A DNA stretch of 64,000 nucleotides, from NCBI GenBank assembly GCA_034437655.1, contig DAOTTU010000044.1, positions 132,093 to 196,092 on the forward strand, written 5' to 3'. Both the position numbers and the translations under genes were made by a program. Below, piece by piece: positions 36,819 to 44,768 of the stretch. Position 1 is the first letter of the stretch; every line of letters begins with the position of its first letter. The notes below the pieces were generated by a model. The model had not been told where the DNA came from. It saw nothing but the letters and a program-made list of their open reading frames with translations, and made no database searches. Source of the stretch: Anaerolineae bacterium. GTDB lineage: Bacteria > Chloroflexota > Anaerolineae > Aggregatilineales > J027.

Positions 36819-36852
36819 GTCAAAACTACAAAATAGTCATAAATCTGACTGA

Positions 36853-37124
36853 TGCGAAGACGAAAACGCGATTGTTCAAGTGCGGCATTGTTAGCGACCC
36901 GGGGATGGTGTAAGCCCGGGGATGTCATGAACAATTATCCTTTCTGAGTACCGACTTGAACCCATGCTACGTGCTGTGGTGTGACAGTAGATGTCGGCGG
37001 AAGCTGCCCGTTATCGTAGCCAAACCGAGCGCTACAGTATTATGCTGTAGAACAAGGGTGGTACCGCGAGAAATCGACACTCTCGTCCCTTAATTATATT
37101 TGAGGGCGGGAGTTTTTTGTTTGC
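36853..37124 (+). promoter_or_regulatory. T-box riboswitch leader (transcription-attenuation type), probable Ile (AUC) specifier
   Basis: Stem I spans 36853-36950. It has a K-turn (UGC-GAA-GA / GA-GUA), an AG bulge AGCGA (36893-97), and a distal hairpin CCCGGG-GAUGGUGUAAG-CCCGGG. The F-box CCGUUA is at 37008-13 and Stem III CUACAG/CUGUAG at 37032-50. The T-box sequence AAGGGUGGUACCGCGAG is at 37054-70. CGAGA (37067-71) can pair with UCUCG (37081-85) to form the antiterminator, alternative to the terminator. Confidence 0.85.
37080..37124 (+). terminator. T-box leader intrinsic terminator
   Basis: CTCTCG(T)CCCT-loop-AGGGCGGGAG forms 10 bp with a 1-nt bulge, followed by TTTTTTGTTT. Confidence 0.8.
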
Positions 37125-37212
37125 GTATCACATCACATATAAAGCTGTATAGGATCAAAGCAGCACATTATCTGGTTAGCCTGGATACAATGACAAAGGA
37201 TAGTAGACCGTA

Positions 37213-37698
37213 ATGGGAGACCCCCACGCTTTTGCCGTTCGAAGCGCTACACAACAAGATCAAGACGCACTCGTGCAACTCTGGCTCGAAGTCATGGAAG
37301 AACGTGCAGTGATGGATGTTCGCGTTCGTCTGGCTGAAGATGCACAGGCTCATTGGGGCCGGCAACTACAGGCGTGGATCACTGCTCCCCGCGCTGAAAT
37401 TCTGGTTGCAGATAAGGCGTCTAAACTCATTGGCTACGCTATCGCCCTGATTGAAGAACGTCCCCTGTACTATTATCAACAACGCGTCGGTGTCATCGTT
37501 GACATGGGGGTTGACGGGCACGCGCATCAAGGTGGCGTTGGTACGGCATTGCTCGAAAACATCAAACCCTGGTTCAAATCACAAGGGGTTGATTTGATTG
37601 AGGCACCGATCATGCAGCTCCATCCGATGGCACAGGCCTTCTGGCGTGCAAAAGGTGCTGTCGAAGTGATGACCACGTTCTGGTATCGGTTGAAATGA
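37213..37698 (+). CDS. GNAT-family N-acetyltransferase
   Basis: 161 aa with the acetyl-CoA binding motif HQGGVGTALL (Q/R-x-x-G-x-G/A) and typical GNAT beta4-alpha3 spacing. It is the first gene after the T-box terminator. Confidence 0.8.
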   Translation: MGDPHAFAVRSATQQDQDALVQLWLEVMEERAVMDVRVRLAEDAQAHWGRQLQAWITAPRAEILVADKASKLIGYAIALIEERPLYYYQQRVGVIVDMGVDGHAHQGGVGTALLENIKPWFKSQGVDLIEAPIMQLHPMAQAFWRAKGAVEVMTTFWYRLK

Positions 37699-38705
37699 GA
37701 CTACTACGCGATATTCGATTCTGGCTCGGGACAGACCGCATCAATATTATTCTCGGCGCACTGCTAGCGACTGGTATCGGGAGTATCGTACTCGGGCTTG
37801 TTGCCGACGGTGGCTGGGTAACGACTGTTCAAAGCCTGTTGGCGATTACCTTTATTGCGGTCGCTGTTGTGGTGATCGGCTCACGGATGGGCCCGGCCGG
37901 GCGGCGGCGCTTGTTTTTCACGCTCGGGCCGTCTTTGGGCTTAGCCGTGTTGGCATTCGTGCTGCCTGCTAACTTTTTTCCGTTTGTACTGGGTGGAGCC
38001 TTTGGCTGGATTCTGGCAGCGCAGTTTTTTATGCAAGAACCAACCCTGATGGAATACCGCGAGGCTGTACGCCACATGCGCAAGCAAGAATACAAAGAAG
38101 CGATCAAGGTCTTGAACGGTCTGGTGAAAGACGAGCCAGGCAACCTTGAGCATCTTGATTTCCGCGCACGGTTGTTCCAACTGAACGGCAATACAAAAAA
38201 CGCCATGACGGACTTCGAAAAAATGATGGAAGTTGCCCCCGATGATCCACGTGCATACACAGGAATGTCTGGTATCTATGTACGTAAAGGTGATTTTGCG
38301 ACGGCACGCGAGTACAGCGAAAAAGCCTTTCTGCGCGAACCAAATGACCCCGCCGCACCACATGATCTCGCCATGATTGAAGATCGGCTTGGGAATAGTG
38401 AGGCTGTTGTTGATTACATCGAAGAAGCCAAAAAACTTGGGTTGCGGGAGCAACGTCTGTTGCTGTTGGCCCATTTGTGGCAAGCCCGCGCTTATCATCG
38501 ACTTGGTGAGCTGGAAGATGCTGACGCTGCACTTGCCCAGATGAAACGCTATCGTCAGGGGCTCAGCGAGTGGCAACGTATATTAGAAGATACGCAGGCG
38601 AAGACAGTCCGCAAGATCTACGAATATGACATCAGCGTTGCCCAGCGGGCTTTTGACTTCAAACTCGATAGTGCTGACAAGTTATTCGAAAGTGAAACCT
38701 CGTGA
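37695..38705 (+). CDS. membrane protein with 4 N-terminal TM helices and C-terminal TPR repeats
   Basis: 4-nt overlap with the GNAT stop (ATGA). The TPR-like repeats run from YKEAIKVLNGLVKDEPGN through AMTDFEKMMEVAPDDPRAY to ATAREYSEKAFLREPNDP. Confidence 0.7.
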   Translation: MRLLRDIRFWLGTDRINIILGALLATGIGSIVLGLVADGGWVTTVQSLLAITFIAVAVVVIGSRMGPAGRRRLFFTLGPSLGLAVLAFVLPANFFPFVLGGAFGWILAAQFFMQEPTLMEYREAVRHMRKQEYKEAIKVLNGLVKDEPGNLEHLDFRARLFQLNGNTKNAMTDFEKMMEVAPDDPRAYTGMSGIYVRKGDFATAREYSEKAFLREPNDPAAPHDLAMIEDRLGNSEAVVDYIEEAKKLGLREQRLLLLAHLWQARAYHRLGELEDADAALAQMKRYRQGLSEWQRILEDTQAKTVRKIYEYDISVAQRAFDFKLDSADKLFESETS

Positions 38706-39502
38706 TTTTGCACGATCCTCGTCTACGGGCGGCGTTTATTGCCACAATCGTTCTTAGCGGGCTGATTGTGTTGGTGACGCAGGTCGTCGGTGAAGAAAAC
38801 AGTTTCCCGATAGTGGTGTCGCTCATCGTCTTTATGTCGCTGTTGCAGATGGGCTTGCTGTTTTTGTGGAATGGTGACACTGCCAGCGGTCCATTGTTGG
38901 CCGCACGTCGCTATTATATCGACGGTCGCTTCGAGGCTGCCGCCGAAGTACTAGAAAATACCGAGCTTGATACTGCCAGTGCCGAGGTGCTGTCACTTTT
39001 AGGCAACACTTACCGTCAATTGAAGCGGCTTGACGAATCTGAAAAGTTGTTGCGCACGGCGGTTGAACGTTTTCCAGAAGACAAGCTGGCACTGTATGGC
39101 CTGGGCAAGACACTCCTGGTTCGTGGACACTATGACGAAGCTGCTGTGATGATCGAACGGGCGTTGGCCCATGACGGCCGCAAAAACATTCTGGTTGAAC
39201 TGACGCAGGCGTTGCACTATGCCGAGCGGGATACAACTGAGGTTGTCCGCCGTGCCAATCAAGCGGCGCGTGTATTGAATTTGGAACAATATCGAACATT
39301 ATTTGTCAATTATGTACTGTACAATCTGGCCGACGATAATCAAGACGTTGCAGCACACATCATCCGTAACAATCGCGAAGGGCTGGCATACTGGCAATCA
39401 GAAGCACGTCGCTTTGCTGATCAAGACTACGGGCGTCGTGTGGCTGGCGATGTCATGGAGATTAAAGCAATCCTAGAAGAGGACACTTCTAACCATGAGT
39501 GA
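38702..39502 (+). CDS. membrane protein with 2 N-terminal TM helices and TPR repeats
   Basis: 4-nt overlap with the upstream gene (GTGA). The TPR-like repeats include LLGNTYRQLKRLDESEKLLRTAVERFPED and ALYGLGKTLLVRGHYDEAAVMIERAL. Confidence 0.65.
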   Translation: MILHDPRLRAAFIATIVLSGLIVLVTQVVGEENSFPIVVSLIVFMSLLQMGLLFLWNGDTASGPLLAARRYYIDGRFEAAAEVLENTELDTASAEVLSLLGNTYRQLKRLDESEKLLRTAVERFPEDKLALYGLGKTLLVRGHYDEAAVMIERALAHDGRKNILVELTQALHYAERDTTEVVRRANQAARVLNLEQYRTLFVNYVLYNLADDNQDVAAHIIRNNREGLAYWQSEARRFADQDYGRRVAGDVMEIKAILEEDTSNHE

Positions 39503-40001
39503 TGCACAACGGCCAATCGAAATTGACGCACGAGATACACAGGGCTGTCTGGATAGCTGGGTGGTCCGTATTGTTGGCGGGGTTATATTGATAGGGCTCT
39601 TAGTGACCCTGATCGGCTTTGTGGCGTACAGCGATACACGCAATGATCGCAGCCAACCAATCGATATTGAGCATTACCCGGGCATTGAGATGGTCTCTGA
39701 ACGGGTGATTTCAAATGGCATTTCTGTTGAAGAACATGTCGGTTACTACGAAAACATGAGTTCTACCTTGCTGACAGACATCGAAGCCTACTATCAGCGC
39801 CAGCTTGACACCTGTTTCCGGCTTTCGGAAGACCTGAGCGACCCGGCCGCCTTCCATACCATTATTTGTGAAATTGACCGCTCACACGATTGGCTGGGAT
39901 TTACACAGGTTGCACGCCTCGAAATCCGTCCAGAGCGCGACAACAGCGGCGATTGGACAGGTGAATTGGTCGTTAAAGTTGATCAAGTCTGGGAAGGATG
40001 A
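39495..40001 (+). CDS. hypothetical TM-anchored protein (paralog of next gene)
   Basis: 8-nt overlap with the upstream gene. One TM helix (VVRIVGGVILIGLLVTLIGFVAY) is followed by a ~110-aa domain. Confidence 0.6.
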   Translation: MSDAQRPIEIDARDTQGCLDSWVVRIVGGVILIGLLVTLIGFVAYSDTRNDRSQPIDIEHYPGIEMVSERVISNGISVEEHVGYYENMSSTLLTDIEAYYQRQLDTCFRLSEDLSDPAAFHTIICEIDRSHDWLGFTQVARLEIRPERDNSGDWTGELVVKVDQVWEG

Positions 40002-40567
40002 GTCTACATATGGCAGATACACCGACTCAGCAGCAGCCGATGGACGCGCCCTTACCCACTGACGCAGCCGATGCCAACCAAGATGGTGTTAGCACTGGTG
40101 CTGAAGGGCGTGGCGGTTGTTTGCCATATATTCCGCCGTGGGTTGCCATTGCATTTGGTGCGGTGGCCCTACTCGCAGCGGGAATCATCATTAGCCGCAT
40201 CGGTGGGCCGCTTGCAGACTTGATCTTGAGCGAGGCGCCAGAAATACCCGTGCCGAATGACGTACGCCTGCTGTCTGAACAAGAGGATACCAGCTATGCA
40301 CGCCATGAATGGTTGTACACGACAGACCAATCTGGCTGTGAGGTTGCCCGTTTTTATCTTGATCAAGGCGCAACATGCCGCTTTCAGCCTTTTGTGTGTA
40401 ATGAGGCTTTCGAACAGAATGATCTGTCTGAGGTGAATTTCTTCAATGTCGCGACCTGCACACGTTCGGAGACAGATAACGTTACCGGGTCAAGCTGGCA
40501 GGTATTGATCAGTAGTGGTCACCGTGAAGACGGCCGCACACGCTTTCGGATTTACTTGTTCGAGTAG
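39998..40567 (+). CDS. hypothetical TM-anchored protein (paralog of previous gene)
   Basis: 4-nt overlap (ATGA). One TM helix (WVAIAFGAVALLAAGIIISRI) is followed by a ~110-aa Cys-containing domain. Its FYLDQGATCRF aligns with YYQRQLDTCFRL of the previous protein. Confidence 0.6.
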   Translation: MSLHMADTPTQQQPMDAPLPTDAADANQDGVSTGAEGRGGCLPYIPPWVAIAFGAVALLAAGIIISRIGGPLADLILSEAPEIPVPNDVRLLSEQEDTSYARHEWLYTTDQSGCEVARFYLDQGATCRFQPFVCNEAFEQNDLSEVNFFNVATCTRSETDNVTGSSWQVLISSGHREDGRTRFRIYLFE

Positions 40568-40736
40568 AGGAAATAGGACGTCAAGTTGTGCTTAGTGGAT
40601 TTAGTACAGTTAGTACAGGAGGTGTCGCCGTGACGCTGACAGGATTTCAACTGTTGGCTGAGCGGGGGATTATTTGCCTGAAGTCATCCCGCCCGGTCAA
40701 ATACCTGTGATTTTATAACGCTCTGAAGGAGAACAC

Positions 40737-43700
40737 ATGTTTAAACCCGTTTCGTCAAAAGTAGAAATCCCTGCATTAGAAGCCGAAATCCTTGACTATT
40801 GGCGCAACCATGACATTTTCAAGCGCACGATGGACGAGCGCAAAGATGGCAAACAGTTTGTCTTTTACGAAGGGCCACCGACTGCCAATGGTCGCCCCGG
40901 TAGCCACCATGTATTGTCGCGTGCCTTCAAGGATATCTTCCCCCGCTATCGCACCATGACGGGGCATTATGTCCTGCGCAAAGGTGGGTGGGACACACAC
41001 GGACTCCCGGTTGAAATCGAAGTTGAGAAACAGCTTGGCATCAAAGAAAAGTCTGAAATCGAAGCCTATGGTGTCGCTGAGTTCAACCGAAAGTGTCGCG
41101 AGAGCGTGTTTACCTACATCGAAGAATGGAACCGCCTGACAGAACGTATCGCCTTCTGGGTAGACCTGGACGAAGCCTATGCCACGCTCACCAATGACTA
41201 CATCGAGAGTGTGTGGTGGTTGCTGCAACAGCTCTGGGACAAAGGCTTGTTGTATCAGGGCTATAAGGTTGTGCCTTATTCGCCCACGTCAGGAACAGCG
41301 CTGTCTAGCCATGAGGTTGCGCTTGGCTACCAGGAAATTGACGACCCCAGCATCTATGTGCGCTTTAAGGCCAAAGACGAAGAGAATGCATATTTCCTTG
41401 GCTGGACGACGACACCGTGGACACTGCCAACCAACATTTGCCTGACGGTTGGTGAAAACATCGACTACGTTAAGTTGAAAGGCCGTGTGTCAGCAGAGGC
41501 ACCAGAAGAAATAATTTACATTGCGAAAGCACTGGCAGATTCGGTGCTGGGGGCAGTTGTCAAAGAAGATGGTGGCTATGAAGTCGTTGCTGAAATGCGC
41601 GGGAGCGACCTGGTCGGCCGTCACTATGAACCGCTGTTCAACTACTTTAACGTGGACGAAAGCAAAGCTTTCTTCATCACGACCGGGGATTATGTCAGCG
41701 TGGCAGATGGTACGGGTATCGTCCATACTGCGCCGGCCTTTGGTGTTGACGACATGGAAACTGCCAAGAAAAACAACCTGCCAGTCTTCGTCTCCGTGAA
41801 TCCAGATGGACGCTTTAAGGATGAAGTCGAGTTGGTAGCAGGGATGTGGTTTAAGGACGCTGACAAGGTCATCTCACGAGATTTGCGTGAACGGGGACTC
41901 GTCTTTCGCCTGACACAGTTTCGGCACAATTACCCGCATAACTGGCGCGACAAAACGCCGCTGATGTACCTGGCCCGCGATACCTGGTTCATTCGTACGA
42001 CTGAATACCGTGACCAGCTTGTAGACTTGAACCAGACCATCAACTGGGTGCCAGAACACTTCAAAGAGGGGCGCTTTGGCAACTGGTTGGCGGATGTGAA
42101 GGACTGGGCACTCGGCCGTGAACGCTATTGGGGAACGCCGCTCCCGGTCTGGGTGGCAGATGACCCCGAGGTGAATCACATGGTCTGCATCGGGAGTGTG
42201 GCCGAACTTGAAGACAAAACCGGCCGCGACCTCTCAGAATTCGACCTGCACCGCCCTTACGTTGATGACTTGACGTGGGAAGAAGAAGTAGATGGCAAGA
42301 CGGTCACCATGCGCCGTGTGCCAGAAGTCATTGACGTCTGGTTTGATAGTGGCGCTATGCCCGTCGCGCAGTGGGGCTACCCGGCACACAACCATGAAAT
42401 GTTTGAGGCACAATTTCCGGCCGACTACATCTGCGAAGCGGTAGACCAGACACGCGGCTGGTTCTATAGCTTGCACGCGATTGCGACAATGGTATTTGAC
42501 TCGGTTGCCTATAAAAACGTCATCTGTCTGGGGCATATCATGGCTGACGATGGCTCGAAGATGTCCAAGTCGAAGGGCAACACCGTTTCCCCGTGGGAAG
42601 TGTTAGACAAATATGGCGCGGATGCGATGCGCTGGTACATGTTTAGTGCCAGCCAACCCGGTGACCAGACCCGTTTTGGGTGGCGAGACATCGGCGCTGA
42701 GCGCGAAATCCCCGGCATTGCGGAAGTCTTGCGCAACTTCTACCTGACACTGTGGAATGTCTACAGCTTCTTTGTGAGCTATGCCAACATTGACGAGTTC
42801 GATCCCAACAGCGCCCCCGTACCTGTCGCAGAACGTGATTTGCTCGACCGTTGGGTGCTGAGCGAGTTACATACGCTGGTGCGAGACGTCACTGAGTCTT
42901 ATGAAACGTACGACGTCATTGGTGCCACCCGTCCAATTGAAGCATTTGTAGACGACCTCAGCAACTGGTATCTGCGGCGCTCACGGCGACGGTTCTGGCA
43001 AAATGACGACGTCCGCGACAATTTAGCTGCACACCAGACGCTCTATGAATGTCTATTGACGCTCTCAAAGTTGATGGCACCGGCTATGCCGTTTCTGTCC
43101 GAAGAATTGTTTCGTAACCTGACGCAAGATGATGTGCCGAGTGTGCATCTAGCCTTCTGGCCAGAATATGACGAGGCCGTGATTGACGAAAGCCTGAACC
43201 ATCAAATGGCGATGGTCAAACAGGTTGTTAGCCTTGGGCACGCCGCCCGCAACAAGGCCGAAATCCGTGTGCGCCAGCCGCTGCAAGAAGCTGCCTTTGG
43301 TGTGCCCTCCCAGGAAGACCCCGCCGCTATCTTGCAAATGCAGGACATGATCGCCGACGAACTTAATGTCAAAGAAGTGCGTGTGCTTGATCTCGCTGAC
43401 AGTTCTGGCATGGTTAACTATGCGCTGAAGCCCATTGACACACTCGGGCGCGAACTGCGTGGCGACTTCCCGCCGGTGCGTAAACTACTTGTGGGTGCGG
43501 AGGGTGAACAGGCGAAAACGTGGGGGCAAACGCTTTTACGTGGCGAGAATATCACCGTTGAAGCTAATGGTAAAACGTTTGAGCTGACGCCAGAGCAGGT
43601 CATCGTCAGCCAATCGGGGCGTGAAGGCTTTGCTGTGGCGGAAGACCGGGGCTACATGGCAGCGCTCACCACTGACCTCAGTGAAGAATTGGTGCAGGAG

Positions 43701-43952
43701 GGGTTAGCGCGTGAAATCGTTCGCCTCATCCAGACCATGCGCAAAGATGCTGACTATGATCTCAGCGACCGTATCGCCGTTTCTTTTGCGGCTGAGGGCA
43801 AGGTTGTGCAGGCGATGAACGCTTTTAAAGACTACATCATGAGCGAGACATTGGCCACTGACTGGCAAGCAACACCGATGGCTGATGCTGATCTTGAACA
43901 GACGACCGTCTATGATGGTGATAACCTGACCGTTGCAATCAAGCGCGTCTAA
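40737..43952 (+). CDS. ileS: isoleucine--tRNA ligase (long, type-2-like form, 1071 aa)
   Basis: GAAGGAG RBS. PPTANGRPGSHHVLSRAFKD (HIGH region), WDTHGLPVE, the CP1 editing region TTTPWTLPTN, GSKMSKSKGN (KMSKS), and a long C-terminal extension without the Zn-finger tail of type-1 enzymes. Confidence 0.95.
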   Translation: MFKPVSSKVEIPALEAEILDYWRNHDIFKRTMDERKDGKQFVFYEGPPTANGRPGSHHVLSRAFKDIFPRYRTMTGHYVLRKGGWDTHGLPVEIEVEKQLGIKEKSEIEAYGVAEFNRKCRESVFTYIEEWNRLTERIAFWVDLDEAYATLTNDYIESVWWLLQQLWDKGLLYQGYKVVPYSPTSGTALSSHEVALGYQEIDDPSIYVRFKAKDEENAYFLGWTTTPWTLPTNICLTVGENIDYVKLKGRVSAEAPEEIIYIAKALADSVLGAVVKEDGGYEVVAEMRGSDLVGRHYEPLFNYFNVDESKAFFITTGDYVSVADGTGIVHTAPAFGVDDMETAKKNNLPVFVSVNPDGRFKDEVELVAGMWFKDADKVISRDLRERGLVFRLTQFRHNYPHNWRDKTPLMYLARDTWFIRTTEYRDQLVDLNQTINWVPEHFKEGRFGNWLADVKDWALGRERYWGTPLPVWVADDPEVNHMVCIGSVAELEDKTGRDLSEFDLHRPYVDDLTWEEEVDGKTVTMRRVPEVIDVWFDSGAMPVAQWGYPAHNHEMFEAQFPADYICEAVDQTRGWFYSLHAIATMVFDSVAYKNVICLGHIMADDGSKMSKSKGNTVSPWEVLDKYGADAMRWYMFSASQPGDQTRFGWRDIGAEREIPGIAEVLRNFYLTLWNVYSFFVSYANIDEFDPNSAPVPVAERDLLDRWVLSELHTLVRDVTESYETYDVIGATRPIEAFVDDLSNWYLRRSRRRFWQNDDVRDNLAAHQTLYECLLTLSKLMAPAMPFLSEELFRNLTQDDVPSVHLAFWPEYDEAVIDESLNHQMAMVKQVVSLGHAARNKAEIRVRQPLQEAAFGVPSQEDPAAILQMQDMIADELNVKEVRVLDLADSSGMVNYALKPIDTLGRELRGDFPPVRKLLVGAEGEQAKTWGQTLLRGENITVEANGKTFELTPEQVIVSQSGREGFAVAEDRGYMAALTTDLSEELVQEGLAREIVRLIQTMRKDADYDLSDRIAVSFAAEGKVVQAMNAFKDYIMSETLATDWQATPMADADLEQTTVYDGDNLTVAIKRV

Positions 43953-43975
43953 TTCCACTGTCAGAAAATATGTTC

Positions 43976-44010
43976 AACCCGATGGCCATTGGCTGTCGGG
44001 TTTTTCTTTT
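43976..44010 (+). terminator. rho-independent terminator after ileS
   Basis: AACCCGA-13 nt loop-TCGGGTT followed by TTTCTTTT. Confidence 0.75.
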
Positions 44011-44094
44011 GTGACCCACACCTGCTGCTCAGTCAATACTTAAATAGACCAGTCATTATAATAATTGTGATCGGAGGTAATCACGTAATCACGT

Positions 44095-44679
44095 ATGACT
44101 GATGAATTGTCGCCACGCGAGCGCATTTTACAGACCACAGCCGAATTGCTTGAACGACAGGGCTATCATGCCACTGGTCTGAATCAGATTGTGAAAGAAA
44201 GCGCTTCTCCCAAGGGCTCACTCTATCACTATTTCCCTGATGGCAAGGAAGAGATTGCAGCATCAGCCATTGATGTGATGTCAACACAGCTTGCCGAGCG
44301 TTTGCGCACTGAAATGGCGTCCATCGAAGACCCGGCTGAGGCTGTACGAACCACAACATTGCGCATTGCCGACCACATCCAACAATCAGCGTGCCAACGT
44401 GGTGCGCAAACAGCCGCCGTTGTGCTGGAAACAGCCCATACCAGTGACCGGCTCCGCGAGGCTTGTGTGTTATCTTACGAAGCGCGGCGTGAAGTGTTCG
44501 AAGATAAGCTGCTGCAAGGCGGCTTTGAGGCTGAAAGAGCGAATCAACTGTCGGTGCTGATTATCTCGGCGATTGAAGGTGCCATTATCCTGACCCGTAC
44601 TTATCAAAGTATCGAGCCACTACAACACACTGCTGAACTACTATTCCGCACAATTAAAAACGAAACCCCAACCACCTAG
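44095..44679 (+). CDS. TetR/AcrR-family transcriptional regulator
   Basis: N-terminal HTH: RERILQTTAELLERQGYHATGLNQIVKESASPKGSLYHYFP. Confidence 0.85.
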   Translation: MTDELSPRERILQTTAELLERQGYHATGLNQIVKESASPKGSLYHYFPDGKEEIAASAIDVMSTQLAERLRTEMASIEDPAEAVRTTTLRIADHIQQSACQRGAQTAAVVLETAHTSDRLREACVLSYEARREVFEDKLLQGGFEAERANQLSVLIISAIEGAIILTRTYQSIEPLQHTAELLFRTIKNETPTT

Positions 44680-44729
44680 CATCATGTCCGATATCTGCTA
44701 TCTGCCACCAGATGGCCGGTATTTTATGC

Positions 44730-44753
44730 GTCTATATAGACTGGTCTAAAGAC
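44730..44753. promoter_or_regulatory. candidate TetR operator (interlocking GTCTA/TAGAC half-sites)
   Basis: GTCTA-TA-TAGAC-TG-GTCTA-AA-GAC lies immediately upstream of the ABC ATPase RBS. A related TAGAC-CA-GTCA site at 44045-44055 overlaps the -10-like TATAAT (44057-62) in front of the TetR gene. Confidence 0.45.
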
Positions 44754-44768
44754 TGAGGAGAGCAAGTT

